Positions 45,074-55,728 are shown, counted from the stretch's first letter. The stretch: DNA of 64,000 nucleotides from an uncultured virus (IMG/VR IMGVR_UViG_3300031857_000150) (IMGVR_UViG_3300031857_000150); one strand, 5' to 3'. The notes: generated from the letters alone by a model not told the origin. Program-made: numbers and translations.

Positions 45074-46860
45074 AGGTATCTGACTACATTTGCTCAAAGA
45101 TCAAAGAGCTAACAGGGACGGATACCGTATTCCTGCTGTCCGGCGGTGGCATGATGCACCTGCTGGACAGCGTGGGTAAAACGGACGGCCTGAAGTACAT
45201 GCACCTGCACCACGAGCAGTCCTGTGGATTTGCCGCCTACGCCTACGGCAGGACGGTGAACTCTACGGGTGTGCTGTTTGTGACCTCTGGCCCCGGCGGT
45301 ACGAACGCTATCACCGCTGTGGCATCGGCATTCGCAGACAGCGTACCCATGCTGATCATCTCTGGGAACATCACCCAGACCTTCTCGGCACACGGACTGA
45401 ACCTGCGCATCCGTGGTTTCCAAGAGCTAGATATCGTCGAGGTAGTCAAACCTATTACCAAGTACGCCAAGTTCATCTCGTCTGCCAGCGATGTCAAACA
45501 CGAGCTGGAGAAGGCTGTCTTCCTTGCCAAGGACGGACGCCCCGGCCCTGTGTGGCTGGACATCCCGCTAGATGTACAGTGCGCTGACATCACGCCCGAT
45601 ACCCTTGAGGGCTACACCGGCTTCTCGTCTAACGCTGCGCCGACGATGGATCTGGTGCAGGACATCCGGCAACGCCTGCAATCAGCCAAGCGACCGCTGA
45701 TCCTGTTCGGCAACGGCGTGTTCACCAGCGGCGGCAAGGATGCCGCTAGGAAGATGGCACAGCGGTTCTACATCCCGGTGCAGACAACGTGGGGTGCGGT
45801 CGATCTGATCCCCGATAACTACGTCACTTACTTCGGACGGTCGAACTCTTTCGGCCCACGCTATCCCAACATCATCATCCAGAACGCCGACTACATCCTG
45901 TCCATCGGGGCGCGGCTTGGCGTACAGCACACCAGCCATAACATCGAAACGTTTGCCAGAGGCGCGTTCGTTGACATGATCGACCTTGATCCGGCAGAGG
46001 CGAACAAACCAGGGCTGAATGTCGGCAGGCACTCGCGGGTCTGCGGCACCAAGCTGATCAACGCGCTGCTGGATGAGCCACCTGTCTGGGCATCCCAACA
46101 GTGGATGGACTACTGCCGCACGGTACGCGACAAGTTCCCTGTTGCGCCCAACCTGCAAGCGGTACGAGAAGATCACTACGTAGATCCGTACTACTTCTAC
46201 GCCGAGCTAGGCAGCCAGCTACCAGACGACGCGGTGCTGACGCCGACAGGGTCAGGGCAGGCGTTCATCATCGGCCATCAAGTGCTGGAGATAAAAGAGA
46301 ACACCCGGATGTTTGGTGCCAAGAACCTAGCCATGATGGGTTCGTGCCTGCCGTCTGCTATCGGTGCGCACATGGCAACCGGCAAGCAGGTCATCTGTGT
46401 CACAGGCGACGGCGGCATACAACTCAACCTGCAAGAGCTAGCCATCATCCAGCACCACAACCTGCCCATCAAGATATTCGTCTTCAACAACGCCGGGTAT
46501 CACGCCATCAGGATCACGCAGGAGAAGTACTTCGAGAGCAGGTATGTTGGATCTACTGAGCATACCGGCGTACACATTCCGTCCTTCTCCAACGTGGCTA
46601 ACTGCTACGGCCTGCGCTACCGCAAGCTACACAGCAACATCCAAGTCAAGACGCTGGTAGCCAACATACTGACTACTGACGGACCAGAGATCATTGAGGT
46701 CATCCTTGATCCGCACAAGCCGACGGTGCCGACTATCGGTTCCTACATGCGAGCTGATGGCACGATGGGTTCGCGTCCGCTGGAAGACATGGCACCGCTG
46801 GTAGACAGGGATGAACTGCGCAGCCTGATGTACATAGACTTGGTTGAGGAGAAGGCATGA
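45070..46860 (+). CDS. ThDP-dependent enzyme (acetolactate synthase-like; YerE-like by context)
   Basis: GGG.MHL.DS, HHEQ, TSGPGGTNA, GRPGPVW.DIP.D and GDGG...NN ThDP motif. Confidence 0.8.
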   Translation: MKVSDYICSKIKELTGTDTVFLLSGGGMMHLLDSVGKTDGLKYMHLHHEQSCGFAAYAYGRTVNSTGVLFVTSGPGGTNAITAVASAFADSVPMLIISGNITQTFSAHGLNLRIRGFQELDIVEVVKPITKYAKFISSASDVKHELEKAVFLAKDGRPGPVWLDIPLDVQCADITPDTLEGYTGFSSNAAPTMDLVQDIRQRLQSAKRPLILFGNGVFTSGGKDAARKMAQRFYIPVQTTWGAVDLIPDNYVTYFGRSNSFGPRYPNIIIQNADYILSIGARLGVQHTSHNIETFARGAFVDMIDLDPAEANKPGLNVGRHSRVCGTKLINALLDEPPVWASQQWMDYCRTVRDKFPVAPNLQAVREDHYVDPYYFYAELGSQLPDDAVLTPTGSGQAFIIGHQVLEIKENTRMFGAKNLAMMGSCLPSAIGAHMATGKQVICVTGDGGIQLNLQELAIIQHHNLPIKIFVFNNAGYHAIRITQEKYFESRYVGSTEHTGVHIPSFSNVANCYGLRYRKLHSNIQVKTLVANILTTDGPEIIEVILDPHKPTVPTIGSYMRADGTMGSRPLEDMAPLVDRDELRSLMYIDLVEEKA

Positions 46861-47771
46861 AGATCGCCATACTCGGAGCTACTAGCCACATAGCCAAGGA
46901 TCTGATCTTGTCTTTCGAAGACCGGCATCAGTTGTATCTGTATTCCCGCAGGCCGCCTGCCGTGACGCGATGGATTGTGCAGAGTAATCTCCAGAACTAC
47001 ACAAACTATGATTACACCGAGTTCCGTAATCACATCCAGTTTGATGCCATCCTGAACTTTGTCGGCGCGGGTGATCCTGAAGCCATCAAGAGTCTCGGTA
47101 AACGGATTTTCGGCATCTCAGAAGCGTATGACCAAATGGTGCTGGACTATCTTCAAGACCATCCCGACTGCCTGTACATCTTCATGTCTAGCGGCGCTGT
47201 CTTCGGTGACAGTTTTCCGACACCTGTCAATAATCAGACACGTTCTGTATTTCCTATTAATAACATTCAGCCGCACCATTACTACGGTTTGGCAAAGGCA
47301 CAGTCGGAATACCGACACAGGATGTCTGACCGGAACATCATCGACCTGCGCATCTTCAACTACTTCAGCAGCACGGCCAACCTGCAAAGCCAGTCCATGA
47401 TCTGCGGGATGCTGCGCTCTATCCTTGAAGGCAAGGAGTTTGTGGTTGACCGCGTGGACGTCACCAGAGATTACGTTGGCCCCAATGACTTCCACCAGAT
47501 GATCAACGTCCTGCTAAACCAGGAGAAGATCAACACGGCGATAGACTTGTACAGTCGATTGCCTATCTCCAAGGACTTGCTGATAGAACACATGAAAGAG
47601 CGATACGACTTGCGGGTGTGGGTGCGTAACGACGCGGTGGCTCATGCAACAGGCGTGAAAGAGAATTATTATTCTACGAACCTCGAAGCCTACGCGCTGG
47701 GCTACAGGCCAACGCTAACGTCGATTCAGACGATCTTCGAAGAAGCGGACAAATTACTGAAGTGCAATTAA
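46857..47771 (+). CDS. NAD-dependent epimerase/reductase (extended SDR)
   Basis: ILGATSHIA, SSGAV.G, YGLAK (YxxxK), LRIFN and RDYV. Confidence 0.8.
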   Translation: MKIAILGATSHIAKDLILSFEDRHQLYLYSRRPPAVTRWIVQSNLQNYTNYDYTEFRNHIQFDAILNFVGAGDPEAIKSLGKRIFGISEAYDQMVLDYLQDHPDCLYIFMSSGAVFGDSFPTPVNNQTRSVFPINNIQPHHYYGLAKAQSEYRHRMSDRNIIDLRIFNYFSSTANLQSQSMICGMLRSILEGKEFVVDRVDVTRDYVGPNDFHQMINVLLNQEKINTAIDLYSRLPISKDLLIEHMKERYDLRVWVRNDAVAHATGVKENYYSTNLEAYALGYRPTLTSIQTIFEEADKLLKCN

Positions 47772-47914
47772 CAACGACACGCTGGTGTGCCCACTGCACT
47801 AGCTTCCGGCGATTCCCCGGAGGCTACTTCAAGATACGGCACGGCAGACGCCAGTGGATATGTAACGAGTGCTACGAGAAAACAAGGCCAAAAAATGTGG
47901 TGCCCGACGTGTGA
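47762..47914 (+). CDS. small Zn-finger protein (50 aa)
   Basis: Not in the ORF track. GTG start; WCAHC...WICNEC. Confidence 0.5.
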   Translation: MQLTTTRWCAHCTSFRRFPGGYFKIRHGRRQWICNECYEKTRPKNVVPDV

Positions 47915-48092
47915 TAAACCTACCCAAGTAATCGACACCCGCAAGTATCAGGACGTATCAAAGTCATTTGATTTTGTTCATCGGCAACGAATATGCCGGG
48001 AGTGCAACAGTCGATTCCAGTCTATAGAGATCCCGCAGGAAGTGTGGGAGAAACACTATCGCCCGCGAAGGAAGCAAAGTGAAGTCGGTTAA
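47895..48092 (+). CDS. NrdR-like N-terminal Zn-ribbon protein
   Basis: CPTC...V.DTR...RQR.C.EC..RF.S.E. Confidence 0.65.
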   Translation: MWCPTCDKPTQVIDTRKYQDVSKSFDFVHRQRICRECNSRFQSIEIPQEVWEKHYRPRRKQSEVG

Positions 48093-48363
48093 GGAGTATA
48101 TGAACGAAGTAGCAGAGGTAGGCTGCGTTCTTTGCCACCATCTCGGCTACGGTCACTCGCCTGCTCACCTGCACCATCCGCGAGATGCGGTGGGCGGAGC
48201 GCAACGTGCGTCAGATTGGCTGGTGATACCCCTCTGCCCTGAACACCACCAAGGACAGTCTGGCTACCATGGGTTAGGAAGCAAAGGGTTTTATACACGC
48301 TACAAGCTCACAGAGTGGGATCTGATGGCGATGACTATTGAGCGCCTGCATAACTCTTCTTAA
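48079..48363 (+). CDS. Ref-like (recombination enhancement) HNH-type nuclease
   Basis: GCVLC...PA.LHH...G..QRAS...VIPLCPEHH.G..G.H. Confidence 0.7.
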   Translation: MKSVKEYMNEVAEVGCVLCHHLGYGHSPAHLHHPRDAVGGAQRASDWLVIPLCPEHHQGQSGYHGLGSKGFYTRYKLTEWDLMAMTIERLHNSS

Positions 48364-51300
48364 CTTCAATTCTCGCCTCTTCCATCTGCTGCGCAAGCTC
48401 GCCGATCAATATCTTGATCCGGTCAATCTCTTCCTTCTTCTGTGCGCCCGTCATCGTTTCATCGTTACGGATCGCCTGTACAACCTGGCGCATCTTTGCC
48501 ATGTCCTTCGACGCGTTGTCGTAGAACTTAGCCATCGCAATCTTGTCGCCCTTCTCTGCCAGGATTTCTTGCACCTTGTCTGCCTGACCTAGCTGCGCGA
48601 AGTGCCGCATGTCGGCGTACGCTTGGCTGATCTCTTTGTTGTTCTCGTAGAAGGCTGTGACGTACTTGGATTGCGTAGACGGTAGCGACTTGATGAAACC
48701 CATCGACATGGTCTCTGTCCAGTTGGCGTCAGGGTAGGCAGACTTGGAGAACGGCATCACGGCATAGTGCGACGTTGCCGAGATGGTGCCGCCCAGCCAG
48801 CCAAGATATCCCTTGATGGCATAGTCCACCTGTACCGGCGATACCTCGGTAGCTTCCGGCAAGAAGACATTCGATACCTTGGATAGCGCGATAGCCAGCG
48901 GGCTAGTTCTCTCCGCTATACGCTCGGCCTTCGACAGGCGTTCCATGCCAGCAGTTTCAATCGGTGCCCCGGTGAAGCTGTCCTTGTTAGCGTACAGATC
49001 AACCAGCGGCTTGATAATCTGTGGGATTGGGTTGATCGCAAAAGTATCCGTCAGCATCCGGCTAAGTGACTGCCCGAACACTTTGCCCTCTGCGCCTTGA
49101 TCCACGATCTGCTCGACCACGCGCTCTGCCAGCGTACCCATAGCGCCAATCTCAAATGGCTTCGGCACACGGATTGCCGTATCCATACCCGGCAACTTGA
49201 ACCACCAGAAGTTGTCACGGTCCCACTGTTCCCGCTTCTTGTATTCCTCGTCATCCTTGAATGCCATGTACAACATCAGAGATGCCAGCACAACAGCGCC
49301 CATGACGATGCTGAACTGCTCTGCCCGCTGCTTATCTGTGGCTTCTATCGGTTTGCCAGTGGCCGTGTTGTAGATTACTCGGCTAGTAGGAATCACACCG
49401 TCACGACCCAGTTTGTACAAGCCCTGCACACGCGCATTCAAGAATGGAATTACCTGCGTCACCAAGCGGAAGGCAGGCCACGACCCTTGCATGGAAAAGT
49501 CCAGCATATCCCGTGCGTAGAACGATGCCTCCAGGTGCGTATAATTTTTCTTGGTTTCTGGATTGACTGTTTCTCTTAGCTGCTTGTACAGCGCCATACG
49601 GTTGGCGGATTCCGATTTGTTGCCAAGCTCCTGATACGCCCGCCATGCCTTACCGATACCGGCCTGAATCTTCTTCTCGTTATCCAGGATGTTCTCACCC
49701 TTGACACCGCTGTCTAGTAGGCGCTTGATCAGTTTGGCCTGATCGCCTTCGTAAGCAGAACCAAAGTTGAAGATAGCCCCGCCTGCCAGCGCAGAGATGT
49801 GCGCCGGGTTATTGCGATCAGATGCTGCCCAGCCCTCAATCACGTTAGCAAACGGATTCTTCTTCAGATCAGTGACAGCGATAGCCGAGATAGAGTCGCG
49901 GAACAAGTTGCGAATCTTGAAAGCAGGCGACAGCGTGACACCGAATTGCAGCATGTTCTTGAAGTCGCGGGCCAGATCGAGGAACTTGGACTTCGGCCCC
50001 ATGTACCCGATAGACATGATGGATTCCAGCAACAACGGTTCTGCGATGTCAAAGTACGCAGGCTTGCCATCGATCATGGTCTTGATCATGCCCTTGCCGC
50101 TGGTGGTGAACTCTGGCTTTAGCTTGCCGTCGTTGATTAACTCACCTGACTTGCTGCTGTAGACCTTGCCATCGCGCCACTCCAGCCCGACCTTTAGGTT
50201 TGGATACGCACCACCCAAATCCATCGCCGCCCGGACGGTGGCATTAGCAGCCTCGTTCTTCATGGACGCAGACAGGATGTGGCTCCAGTTGCGTAGCGTG
50301 TTCTCCATCAGATCGCCGAATGGTTTCTCTCCACCCTTCAGCGCCTTCGAGAAGTACTGGTTGATCAGCCCTGACTTGGTAGCCGCGCCCTGCACGTCAC
50401 CGTTCTCATCCATCACCTTGTAGAACGGGATGTAGTTGATGTCACGGCTGTAGACCTTGAACGCTTCTTTGTCGATGATGCCCTGCTTGTAAGCAATACG
50501 CAGCACCGAGCGGTTCAGCTCGTTCATGTCCTTCTGAACCTGCTTGTACACCTCTAGTCTGGACTTGTTGCCGATCTTTCCTTCAGCCAGCTCTGCTCGT
50601 CGCGCTACGATATCTCTATTCACAGATGGTGCTTTACCCTGCGCCACCAGTTGCGCGTCACGTTGCAACGCCACCCAGATTTGATACCGATCCACCTCGT
50701 TGCCCACGGGCTCCAATACTTTTAGCAAACCCTTGGTCTTTGGAGCAATGTCGAGAGCGCCGTCAGTCAGCTTGACCTGGCCGTTAAACAGTATGCCCTC
50801 CAGCGCACCGTCGATAGTCTTCGACATGCGGGCTTTCATGTAGGCTTCTTCGCTGATGTCTTTGATCGAGCGGTACTGGTCAGCCACACCTTGCGCCAGC
50901 TTCATGAAAAAGCCGTCACGCATCCCATCTATCTTGTCGATGATGGTCTTCTTCTCCGGAGCAAACACTGGTTCGAGCGCAGAGTACAGATCGTCAGGCA
51001 CACCATCGAACTGACTCTTCTTCAGAGTGCGCTTCTGTAACGCTTTTTGCGCAGCGGCTTTGGCTTTCTGTGCGGTGGTTTTTGGTTCTTCTTCTGTTTC
51101 CGCTAGCGTTTCAAACTTACGCCCCACCATCCTGTACATGGTGTCGATGTCTTGGATTGGAGTGGTCAACACTTCTTCCGACAGGGCAACCAATCGCTCT
51201 AACGCGCTCTGCTGGCTCTTGTTGATACCAAGCAGCTTGCGGATAGCTTCGACAAATACTTTGAATCCGTTTGACCGCTTGTACTCAATACCAGCCAGGT

Positions 51301-54268
51301 ATTTTTGTATCTCGATCTCAACCATGCCATACGCAACAAGCTCATCGATGTTGGCTAGCATTTGCTTGGTGTTGAGCTTGGCTGGCACTGGCCTACCAGC
51401 AGCACGATCTTCCCTCACCTTCTTCATGATGAACTTGCGAAGGATTTCCAGATCGCCTACCGGGCCACCTCTTGCCTTGCCCGTCTGCCTTGAGATGTAG
51501 AGCTGCCCCATCGTCGCCAGGTGGATCATCTCGTGCAGCAGCGTGCGGTAATTGGTGCCGACTACCTTATCTGGCTGACCGGGCACGTTAGGGCCGTTGA
51601 CGCGCACGTCGTACTTTGGGCTTTGCCCAAGACCAACAGGAACCGGCGTTACCGTTCCGTAGGTATTCTTGCGGCGCATTCTGCCCTTGATGACGCCAAA
51701 GCTCATCTGAATGCCGCGATCATTCATCAGCTTGACACGGCTACGCACAGCCTCTGCCACAGTCCTAGCAAAGCCGTTGGGCGCGTTCTTTACCAGCCAG
51801 TTGGAAAGCTGCACAACATCCATGCCATCTACCTCTTGAGCAATCTGCTCCAGAGGCTTTTCAATCGTGTATGTCTGCTGATCCGGCGGCGTTCCTTCTG
51901 GCGGCTTGGGTGCGGCTGGCTTCTTGGGCTTGGTTGGTGGTCTAGGCTCTGTGCGCAAGACGCCAAACACATTCTCCAGTGGTGTGGCTACAGCTACGTT
52001 GCCAAACATATCTGGCTCTGCGGTTGCCTGTGCCGCAGCCTTGTTGGCTTCTGCTGCTAGCTCAATCAAGGAGTCGCCGATCCTGCGCGGCGCATTCTTG
52101 TTGGCGGCAAACATGCTGACTACCTCGCGGGTCAGCGGGTCCATCTCGATGTCGCCCTGATCTATGTACTCGCCCAGATCCTTGCCCTGCCGACGAGCGT
52201 TGACCGCCAGCTCTGCGGCCTTGGTTACATAGTTGCGTACATCGTAGTCACCAGAACCTTGTAGGTTGGACATGGCAGGTGCTGCTATCGCCATGCCGCG
52301 CAGTATCTGCAACGCCTCTGGATCGGTGGTCTCTGCGTATAAATCAATCAGCGCATCGTTCTCATAAGCGCGGGCAAACAGCGCATTTGCCAAGCGAGTC
52401 TGTGCCAACGGCGTAGGCTGCCCCTGGCGATTCATGAGTTGCGCCTGCTCCTCTTTGGGCATCGAGGCGACAAACTGACGCAGTGAAGCAATGGTTGGGC
52501 TGCCATCTGTGAGAAACTCAATCCCTTGCAGATCAAACCTGCCCATGTCGATCTTTGCCTGTTCGGTAGGCGACATACCTAGCTGACCGCCAACGTTGCT
52601 CTTGTCAGCGATGTCAGGCGTGAGCGAGGACTTGGGCATGATGCGCACGAGAACGGGCTGCTCCATGGCATCGATCACACTTGCCTCAACGCCGTGCGCC
52701 TGATCTTCTATCATGCTGCGCACATAGTCGGTATACGGGCCGCTGCGATACAGCTCTTGCAGCCCAGCTATGCGCCCGTTGCCAGCGACCGGTCTGATGC
52801 CCTCGAATGCCGGATCAGCGTACTGCTCAACGGTCGTGCCATCAGCGCGGTTGCTAGGCGTAATTTCACGAGCATCTAGCACAGCGTATTGCACAGGAAT
52901 TTTGGTGCCGTCAGACGCAGATACAACGTCAACGCGGCCCAACTGATTTTCATCAACCTGTACATCGCTAATAACCACCGGAGCGCCTGCACCAAAATCT
53001 CTGGAAACAGATAGGCGGTTGTAGTCCGGCTGCCGAGCGATGCTCATCATCTGCTGAATAGATGCGGGCTTGGTGCGATCACGGTTCTGGATATCGGCCA
53101 ACGACAAACCAAAATCTTCCGGCTTGCCCTCCCAGTAATTCTGCAACGCCTTGGTTGCTTCTTCTGGCGGCTGCGCAATTCCTGGTGGCGGGGGTGGAGG
53201 CGGCTCCGGTGTTGGAGCAGCAGCACTAGGCTCTTCAATTGTTCTTGGCAACGTTGCCAAGGGCGATGGCTCAACCGGCGCAGCAGCAGGCTCTACCGCT
53301 GGTTCTTCTGGTGGCGCAGCTTCTGGTGGTGGCGCTTCTCGTCCGCGTGTCAGGCCAGCAGCAGTGCCGAGGCCAAGGCCGCCGACAGCAGCCATACCCA
53401 TCGTCTCGCCCAGACCTTCTGTGATGCTGCGATTAGGATCAACTTGCTGCCCGGCCAGGTTCTGTGCAACCTTGCCGCCGCCCTCTTCGATCATTTCGCT
53501 GATGGTCTCGCCCGCGCCACCTTTGACAGCAGCGCCAAATCTGCCACCCTTGACCGGCACTTTCGCCATCGCTTCTTCGATAGCGCGACCGCCCGGCAAT
53601 CTCTGTGCAAGCAGCGATATAACGGCAGCACCTGCACCCGTCGCACGAGCGTAGCCAAGAGCGCGGCCAGCAGCCTCCTCTTCGGATATGCCTTTGCTGA
53701 CCATCTCTTTGTATAACTGTTCGTATGTGCCAGCACCGACATCAGCGCCCTGTTGCACCGCGCCTGTGCCCACAGCGCCGCTGACCGCAGTCCTAGCGCC
53801 TGCGCCTGCAATACCCAAGCCGCGTGCCACAGCCAGACCTGGCAACAGATTGGGTGCTTGTTCTGCGATGAAGTTGGATAGCAGGGCTGGATCCTTGATG
53901 GTCTCCATGAAGGCAGTAAACCCCGCCTTGAGTTCACCTTCTTTGCCTGCTTCTTTGATTTTGGCTGTGCGCTCGGCTTCACGGCGCTTCAGCTCTTCTG
54001 ACTTCATGGCCTCGCCAGCTTCACGAATCTCGCGGCCAACTTTGGTTAGACCCGTGTCAGAAAAGTCGCCCGTAGCCAGTCCATATAGCTGACCAGGTAG
54101 CTGCGTCAGTGCGCCAACGCCAGAGACTACGCCAGCGCCAACGTCCTTGGCGGCTTCACCGAAAGTGCGCTCTTTGCGAGCAACAGCTTCTTTTTCTCTA
54201 ACGTCAAACTGGTCAAACGGATTGCCAGCTTTAGTCTGCACATCAAACTGGTCAAACGGGTTTGCCAT
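48335..54268 (-). CDS. large polyvalent ejection protein (DdrB-like ParB domain, HExxH zincin motif, LPD38-like C-terminus)
   Basis: QNRDR...GAPV and AGNGR motifs; LLHEMIH; IPFLNARVQG...R.PKPFE.G; N-terminal NPFDQFD x2. Confidence 0.7.
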   Translation of the reverse strand: MANPFDQFDVQTKAGNPFDQFDVREKEAVARKERTFGEAAKDVGAGVVSGVGALTQLPGQLYGLATGDFSDTGLTKVGREIREAGEAMKSEELKRREAERTAKIKEAGKEGELKAGFTAFMETIKDPALLSNFIAEQAPNLLPGLAVARGLGIAGAGARTAVSGAVGTGAVQQGADVGAGTYEQLYKEMVSKGISEEEAAGRALGYARATGAGAAVISLLAQRLPGGRAIEEAMAKVPVKGGRFGAAVKGGAGETISEMIEEGGGKVAQNLAGQQVDPNRSITEGLGETMGMAAVGGLGLGTAAGLTRGREAPPPEAAPPEEPAVEPAAAPVEPSPLATLPRTIEEPSAAAPTPEPPPPPPPGIAQPPEEATKALQNYWEGKPEDFGLSLADIQNRDRTKPASIQQMMSIARQPDYNRLSVSRDFGAGAPVVISDVQVDENQLGRVDVVSASDGTKIPVQYAVLDAREITPSNRADGTTVEQYADPAFEGIRPVAGNGRIAGLQELYRSGPYTDYVRSMIEDQAHGVEASVIDAMEQPVLVRIMPKSSLTPDIADKSNVGGQLGMSPTEQAKIDMGRFDLQGIEFLTDGSPTIASLRQFVASMPKEEQAQLMNRQGQPTPLAQTRLANALFARAYENDALIDLYAETTDPEALQILRGMAIAAPAMSNLQGSGDYDVRNYVTKAAELAVNARRQGKDLGEYIDQGDIEMDPLTREVVSMFAANKNAPRRIGDSLIELAAEANKAAAQATAEPDMFGNVAVATPLENVFGVLRTEPRPPTKPKKPAAPKPPEGTPPDQQTYTIEKPLEQIAQEVDGMDVVQLSNWLVKNAPNGFARTVAEAVRSRVKLMNDRGIQMSFGVIKGRMRRKNTYGTVTPVPVGLGQSPKYDVRVNGPNVPGQPDKVVGTNYRTLLHEMIHLATMGQLYISRQTGKARGGPVGDLEILRKFIMKKVREDRAAGRPVPAKLNTKQMLANIDELVAYGMVEIEIQKYLAGIEYKRSNGFKVFVEAIRKLLGINKSQQSALERLVALSEEVLTTPIQDIDTMYRMVGRKFETLAETEEEPKTTAQKAKAAAQKALQKRTLKKSQFDGVPDDLYSALEPVFAPEKKTIIDKIDGMRDGFFMKLAQGVADQYRSIKDISEEAYMKARMSKTIDGALEGILFNGQVKLTDGALDIAPKTKGLLKVLEPVGNEVDRYQIWVALQRDAQLVAQGKAPSVNRDIVARRAELAEGKIGNKSRLEVYKQVQKDMNELNRSVLRIAYKQGIIDKEAFKVYSRDINYIPFYKVMDENGDVQGAATKSGLINQYFSKALKGGEKPFGDLMENTLRNWSHILSASMKNEAANATVRAAMDLGGAYPNLKVGLEWRDGKVYSSKSGELINDGKLKPEFTTSGKGMIKTMIDGKPAYFDIAEPLLLESIMSIGYMGPKSKFLDLARDFKNMLQFGVTLSPAFKIRNLFRDSISAIAVTDLKKNPFANVIEGWAASDRNNPAHISALAGGAIFNFGSAYEGDQAKLIKRLLDSGVKGENILDNEKKIQAGIGKAWRAYQELGNKSESANRMALYKQLRETVNPETKKNYTHLEASFYARDMLDFSMQGSWPAFRLVTQVIPFLNARVQGLYKLGRDGVIPTSRVIYNTATGKPIEATDKQRAEQFSIVMGAVVLASLMLYMAFKDDEEYKKREQWDRDNFWWFKLPGMDTAIRVPKPFEIGAMGTLAERVVEQIVDQGAEGKVFGQSLSRMLTDTFAINPIPQIIKPLVDLYANKDSFTGAPIETAGMERLSKAERIAERTSPLAIALSKVSNVFLPEATEVSPVQVDYAIKGYLGWLGGTISATSHYAVMPFSKSAYPDANWTETMSMGFIKSLPSTQSKYVTAFYENNKEISQAYADMRHFAQLGQADKVQEILAEKGDKIAMAKFYDNASKDMAKMRQVVQAIRNDETMTGAQKKEEIDRIKILIGELAQQMEEARIEVKKSYAGAQ

Positions 54269-55726
54269 TTATCTTGTCCCTAAAATACGCGCGGCAGCAC
54301 CGGCTCCATATTTAGCATCGAAATCCGCTGCAAGAGCAGGATTCTTTTTCAGATAATCAACCGCAGCAGCAGGCGGCGCAGTTGTTGGGGCAGGTACAGC
54401 ACCACCTCTTGTCGGATCGCCCTGCATTAACTGTATTGCAGCCGCTTTTTTCTCCGCTAGACTCTTGCCCGCGTAGGACATATCGCCAGCCACGACTTTC
54501 ATTGCCTCTTCAAAGCTCATGGTGTTTTGTGGTTTGCCAACGCCACGGACCATGCCAAGCTCGTTCATAAACTTGTTAGCAGATTCAGCACCCTGCGTCG
54601 CAAGAATGTTGTGATATCTGCCTAATAAGCGTTCTGTTTCTCCGGGCCGGTTAGCGGAAGAAGCATTAATTCTGGCGACGGCCAACTGATAGTCGCCATT
54701 CATCTTCGCTACTTGCAACGCACGTTGCGCCGCTTCGTCTGCTTTGTACTGCTCAACAAACAGATCAGATGCTTTTTCAACCGACTTGTTGAACTGATCG
54801 GTCTGACGAATTTGCAGTTCTTCCAGCTTGGTTTCCTTGGCCTGAACACGAGACAGCGCTTTGCCAGACGTATCGCGTCTGGCACGATCCTCCGCAAACG
54901 ACAGCTCACGTTCGGTTTTCTTAATGTCTCGCTCTGTATCGCGTATGTCTTTAAGAGCAGAATTGTAAACATTGGTGGCGTCAGATATGCCACTGCCCAA
55001 CGCTTGTCCTTCTTGCCCTTCTCTTGCCTGGAATAATCTAGCAGCCAAAGCCAAAGCAGCAGCACCTTTTGCCTGCTCTCTTTGTTTGCTTAAATCTTCT
55101 CTTCTTTTCCCTTCTTCTTCGCGCTCACGCTTGTACAAATCTGTGTCTACGCCCGCCTCACGTTCTGCGTCGCGTAAAGCAGCAAGCTCTGACTTGATAT
55201 CCGTCGGGGCTAGAGCAGCATAATCGCGGAATCTAAATCCCCCCGGAAGCGTTAGTGATGATGCGCCAGCGGGAGCGGCAGGCACGGCAGGCATTTCACC
55301 GCCCGGCTGTGTAGCCAACCCTCTGCGGAATATTTCACTTGCAGATACCAGATCACCGTCCGCATAGCCCGACACTTGGCCGCCTTCGTCGAACGCCACA
55401 ATTCCACCACCTGCCATCTGCGTCATGTTACTTGGTAACGCTGCTACGCCAGTGCTTGGAGGAGGCGCACCCGGCGCAGCCATGATCCCAGGAGGAACCT
55501 GACCCTGTGCCGCTGTAGGCTGCTGTCCCAGAACATCCTGCGCGACAGTAGTCTGCGGTGGCTGTATGGCAGACTTGGCGATGCGGTCAATCATCATGCC
55601 CGCCATCAGCGCCTTCTGTGGATCAATCATTCCCATCTGGACCATACGCGCCAAGTCAGGCTTGCTGTACTTGGTGGCAAGCTCACGGATCTCGTCTATC
55701 CGCACACCCAAGTTATCGCGCTTCAT
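54269..55726 (-). CDS. internal virion/ejection protein
   Basis: Helical and Ala/Gln-rich; MAGGGIVAF motif; C-terminal FD.KYG.GAA. Confidence 0.55.
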   Translation of the reverse strand: MKRDNLGVRIDEIRELATKYSKPDLARMVQMGMIDPQKALMAGMMIDRIAKSAIQPPQTTVAQDVLGQQPTAAQGQVPPGIMAAPGAPPPSTGVAALPSNMTQMAGGGIVAFDEGGQVSGYADGDLVSASEIFRRGLATQPGGEMPAVPAAPAGASSLTLPGGFRFRDYAALAPTDIKSELAALRDAEREAGVDTDLYKREREEEGKRREDLSKQREQAKGAAALALAARLFQAREGQEGQALGSGISDATNVYNSALKDIRDTERDIKKTERELSFAEDRARRDTSGKALSRVQAKETKLEELQIRQTDQFNKSVEKASDLFVEQYKADEAAQRALQVAKMNGDYQLAVARINASSANRPGETERLLGRYHNILATQGAESANKFMNELGMVRGVGKPQNTMSFEEAMKVVAGDMSYAGKSLAEKKAAAIQLMQGDPTRGGAVPAPTTAPPAAAVDYLKKNPALAADFDAKYGAGAAARILGTR

Positions 55727-55728
55727 GC

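Noticed and set aside
45070..46860. ilvB/ilvG auxiliary metabolic gene for branched-chain amino acids
   Set aside because: Position between rfbH and an SDR, and absence of other ilv genes, favour nucleotide-sugar chemistry.
47770..47860. Possible tRNA-like sequence
   Set aside because: No T-loop or D-loop consensus; better explained by a small Zn-finger ORF. No tRNA was recognised anywhere in the window.
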